Assembly: GCA_035630595.1 (NCBI GenBank)
Contig: DASQKJ010000057.1
Span: 24,820-88,819 of the forward strand
DNA: 64,000 nucleotides
From: Methyloceanibacter sp.
GTDB taxonomy: Bacteria; Pseudomonadota; Alphaproteobacteria; Rhizobiales; Methyloligellaceae
Direction of reading: 5' to 3'
The translations under genes and the position numbers were made by a program. Positions 61,998 through 64,000 of this stretch are shown here, piece after piece (position 1 is the first letter of the stretch; every line of letters starts with the position of its first letter). The notes under the pieces are model-generated. The model searched no databases and was not told the origin of the DNA. It worked only from the letters and a program-made list of their open reading frames with translations.

Positions 61998-63416
61998 CTA
62001 TGCCGACGCGGCCTCCATGCCGAACCGCCGTTTCAGCGCCTCGACGAGGGGCGCCATGCGGCTGCCGAGCGAGCCTTTGACCATGATCGCGTCCCCGGGC
62101 CCGACGGCGCCAATCAGTTTGGGCCCAAGCTCCTTGGCGGTCTTGGCGTAGCCTCCGCGGCGGCTTGCCGGCAGCGCCTCGAACAGCGAGCCCATCAACT
62201 CGCCGCAGGCAAAGACAACATCTACCCCCGCCCCGTCAATGAACTCCGCAAGATCTTGGTGAAGCTTCGCCCCCTGGGGCCCAAGCTCGAGCATGTCGCC
62301 GAGCACGGCTACACGCCGCTTGAACGCGCTGCGGGGTGTCAAACCGAGCGTGGCCAGCGCCGCGCGCATGGAGGCCGGATTGGCGTTGTAAGACTCGTCG
62401 ATAATGGCGATCCGGCCGCCCTCAGTCTCGACCAGCGTACGGGCGCCGCGGCCCGCTCCGGCTTGCAATCCATCGAGTGCGCCGGCAGCCGCCGCGAGAT
62501 CGGCATCGGCCAGCTTCACCGCAGCGAGCACCGCCAGCGAGTTCTGCACGATGTGACGCCCCGGCGCGCCGACGCGATACCTGACCTGGTCTCCGAGAAT
62601 GTCGGCCGTGACATCGGAGCCGTCGGGCAGCAACTCGACCTCGATCAGTCGCGCCTCCACATCTTGGGTATCACCGAAGCCGACAATTTTCGCTCCGTGT
62701 TCCCGCGCATGCGCCGCCAGCCGCTCAAAATAGGGGCTGTCGCGATTGACGATCGCGGCGCCCCCCTCCTCAAGGCCGCGGAAGATTTCCGCCTTGGCGT
62801 CGGCGATCTCCTCCACCGAGCGGAAGAAACCGAGATGGACCGGCGCCACCGTAGTGACGATGGCGATATGCGGCCTGACCAGCCGGGTCAGCGCGTCGAT
62901 TTCGCCCGCGTGGTTCATGCCGATCTCGAACACCCCAAAGCGAACCGCTTGCGGCATGTTGGCGAGCGAGAGCGGCACGCCCCAATGATTGTTGAACGAT
63001 TTGGCCGAGGCATGCACCGAGCCGCTCGGAGCCAGGGCAAGCCGCAGTGCCTCCTTGGTCCCGGTCTTGCCGGCGCTGCCGGTGACGGCGATAACCACCG
63101 TGTCCGTGACGCGGGCGCGGGCCGCGCGCCCGAGAGCATTGAGCGCCTCGAGCGTATCGCCTACGCGGACCAGCCTCTCCTCGTTGCCAGGAGGGAACGT
63201 CGTGTCGACGACAGCGCAGGCCGCGCCCTGATCGAGAGCCGCGGCGACGAAGCCATGACCGTCGCGGTTCGGCCCGCGAATGGCGACAAAGGCCTCCCCG
63301 CGCCCGAGGCTGCGTGTGTCGATCGAGAAGCCCGTAACCGGAGTATCGGGCGCGCCGAGACTGCTGCCGCGTGTGGCGCTCACGATCTCGCTTAGGCTCC
63401 AGAGCGACTCAGCCAC
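61998..63416 (-). CDS. murF: UDP-MurNAc-tripeptide--D-Ala-D-Ala ligase
   Basis: [22 protein letters not shown] and KGS motifs. Confidence 0.96.
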   Translation of the reverse strand: MAESLWSLSEIVSATRGSSLGAPDTPVTGFSIDTRSLGRGEAFVAIRGPNRDGHGFVAAALDQGAACAVVDTTFPPGNEERLVRVGDTLEALNALGRAARARVTDTVVIAVTGSAGKTGTKEALRLALAPSGSVHASAKSFNNHWGVPLSLANMPQAVRFGVFEIGMNHAGEIDALTRLVRPHIAIVTTVAPVHLGFFRSVEEIADAKAEIFRGLEEGGAAIVNRDSPYFERLAAHAREHGAKIVGFGDTQDVEARLIEVELLPDGSDVTADILGDQVRYRVGAPGRHIVQNSLAVLAAVKLADADLAAAAGALDGLQAGAGRGARTLVETEGGRIAIIDESYNANPASMRAALATLGLTPRSAFKRRVAVLGDMLELGPQGAKLHQDLAEFIDGAGVDVVFACGELMGSLFEALPASRRGGYAKTAKELGPKLIGAVGPGDAIMVKGSLGSRMAPLVEALKRRFGMEAASA

Positions 63417-64000
63417 AACGCGCCTCTTGCTTCAGCGCGGCATCCACCGCCTCATGATCGGAAAAGGGGATCACCGTCGTGCCGACGGTTTGTCCCGTCT
63501 CATGGCCCTTGCCCGCCACCAGCAGCACGTCGCCTCGCTCCAGCCGGGCCACGGCCTCGGCAATCGCCTGGGCACGGTCGCCGATCTCGATAGCGCCGGG
63601 GGCAGCGGCCAAGATCGCGCCACGAATGGCGGCGGGATTTTCGCTGCGAGGATTGTCGTCGGTGACGATGGCGAGATCGGCTTTGGCGACCGCCACGGCG
63701 CCCATCTCGGGGCGTTTGCCCTTGTCGCGGTCGCCGCCGCAGCCGAACACGACGACGAGCCGGCGCTCGACATAGGGACGCAGAGCGTCGAGCGCCTTGG
63801 CGAGCGCATCGGGCGTGTGGGCGTAATCGACGAAGATCGGAGCGCCGCCGCGCGCCTTGCCCGCCAGGTCGAGCCGGCCGCGCGCGCCTCGCAACGATTC
63901 CAGCATCGGCAGCACCGTCGCCGCGTTGCCGCCGGTTGCGAGCGCGAGGCCCGCGGCGACCAGCGCGTTGGAGGCCTGGAAGGCGCCGACCAGCGGCAAG
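63409..64000 (-). CDS. murE: UDP-MurNAc-dipeptide--meso-DAP ligase (3' part only)
   Basis: DYAHTPD, GCGGDRD, DNPR (mDAP specificity) and GKGHE motifs; runs off the window edge. Confidence 0.95.
   Translation of the reverse strand, partial: LPLVGAFQASNALVAAGLALATGGNAATVLPMLESLRGARGRLDLAGKARGGAPIFVDYAHTPDALAKALDALRPYVERRLVVVFGCGGDRDKGKRPEMGAVAVAKADLAIVTDDNPRSENPAAIRGAILAAAPGAIEIGDRAQAIAEAVARLERGDVLLVAGKGHETGQTVGTTVIPFSDHEAVDAALKQEARCG

Overview
GC-rich (Hyphomicrobiales/Methyloceanibacter-like, by inference) alphaproteobacterial core-genome window with dense housekeeping content and no sign of a prophage, IS, integrase or CRISPR array. In order: a complete elongasome operon (mreB-mreC-mreD-mrdA-rodA); leuA with an unannotated Leu-codon leader peptide; an ABC-F ATPase; ilvI-yqhA-ilvH-ilvC; kup; thyA-folA-hflK-hflC-DUF2065-degP-miaA; a frameshifted PepSY gene; a permuted two-piece tmRNA followed by sspB; a glutaminase-STAS-cNMP fusion and an orphan HWE kinase; fumC, RHH, AsmA-like, FAD oxidoreductase, hemolysin III, a Cys-containing secreted orphan; uvrD, prmA, pepP, SemiSWEET; and the dcw cluster (murE to ftsZ, then lpxC-bamD-recN-ligA). 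I could not identify a clearly new multi-gene system. The best leads are small or regulatory: the heptamer-repeat hairpin inside the tmRNA intervening segment, the cyclic-nucleotide/STAS glutaminase, the leuA and ilvI leaders, three CGTC-tagged palindromic repeats, and a divergent MreB with a GANTC-rich promoter. All functional calls come from motif and sequence recognition only; no database searches were run.
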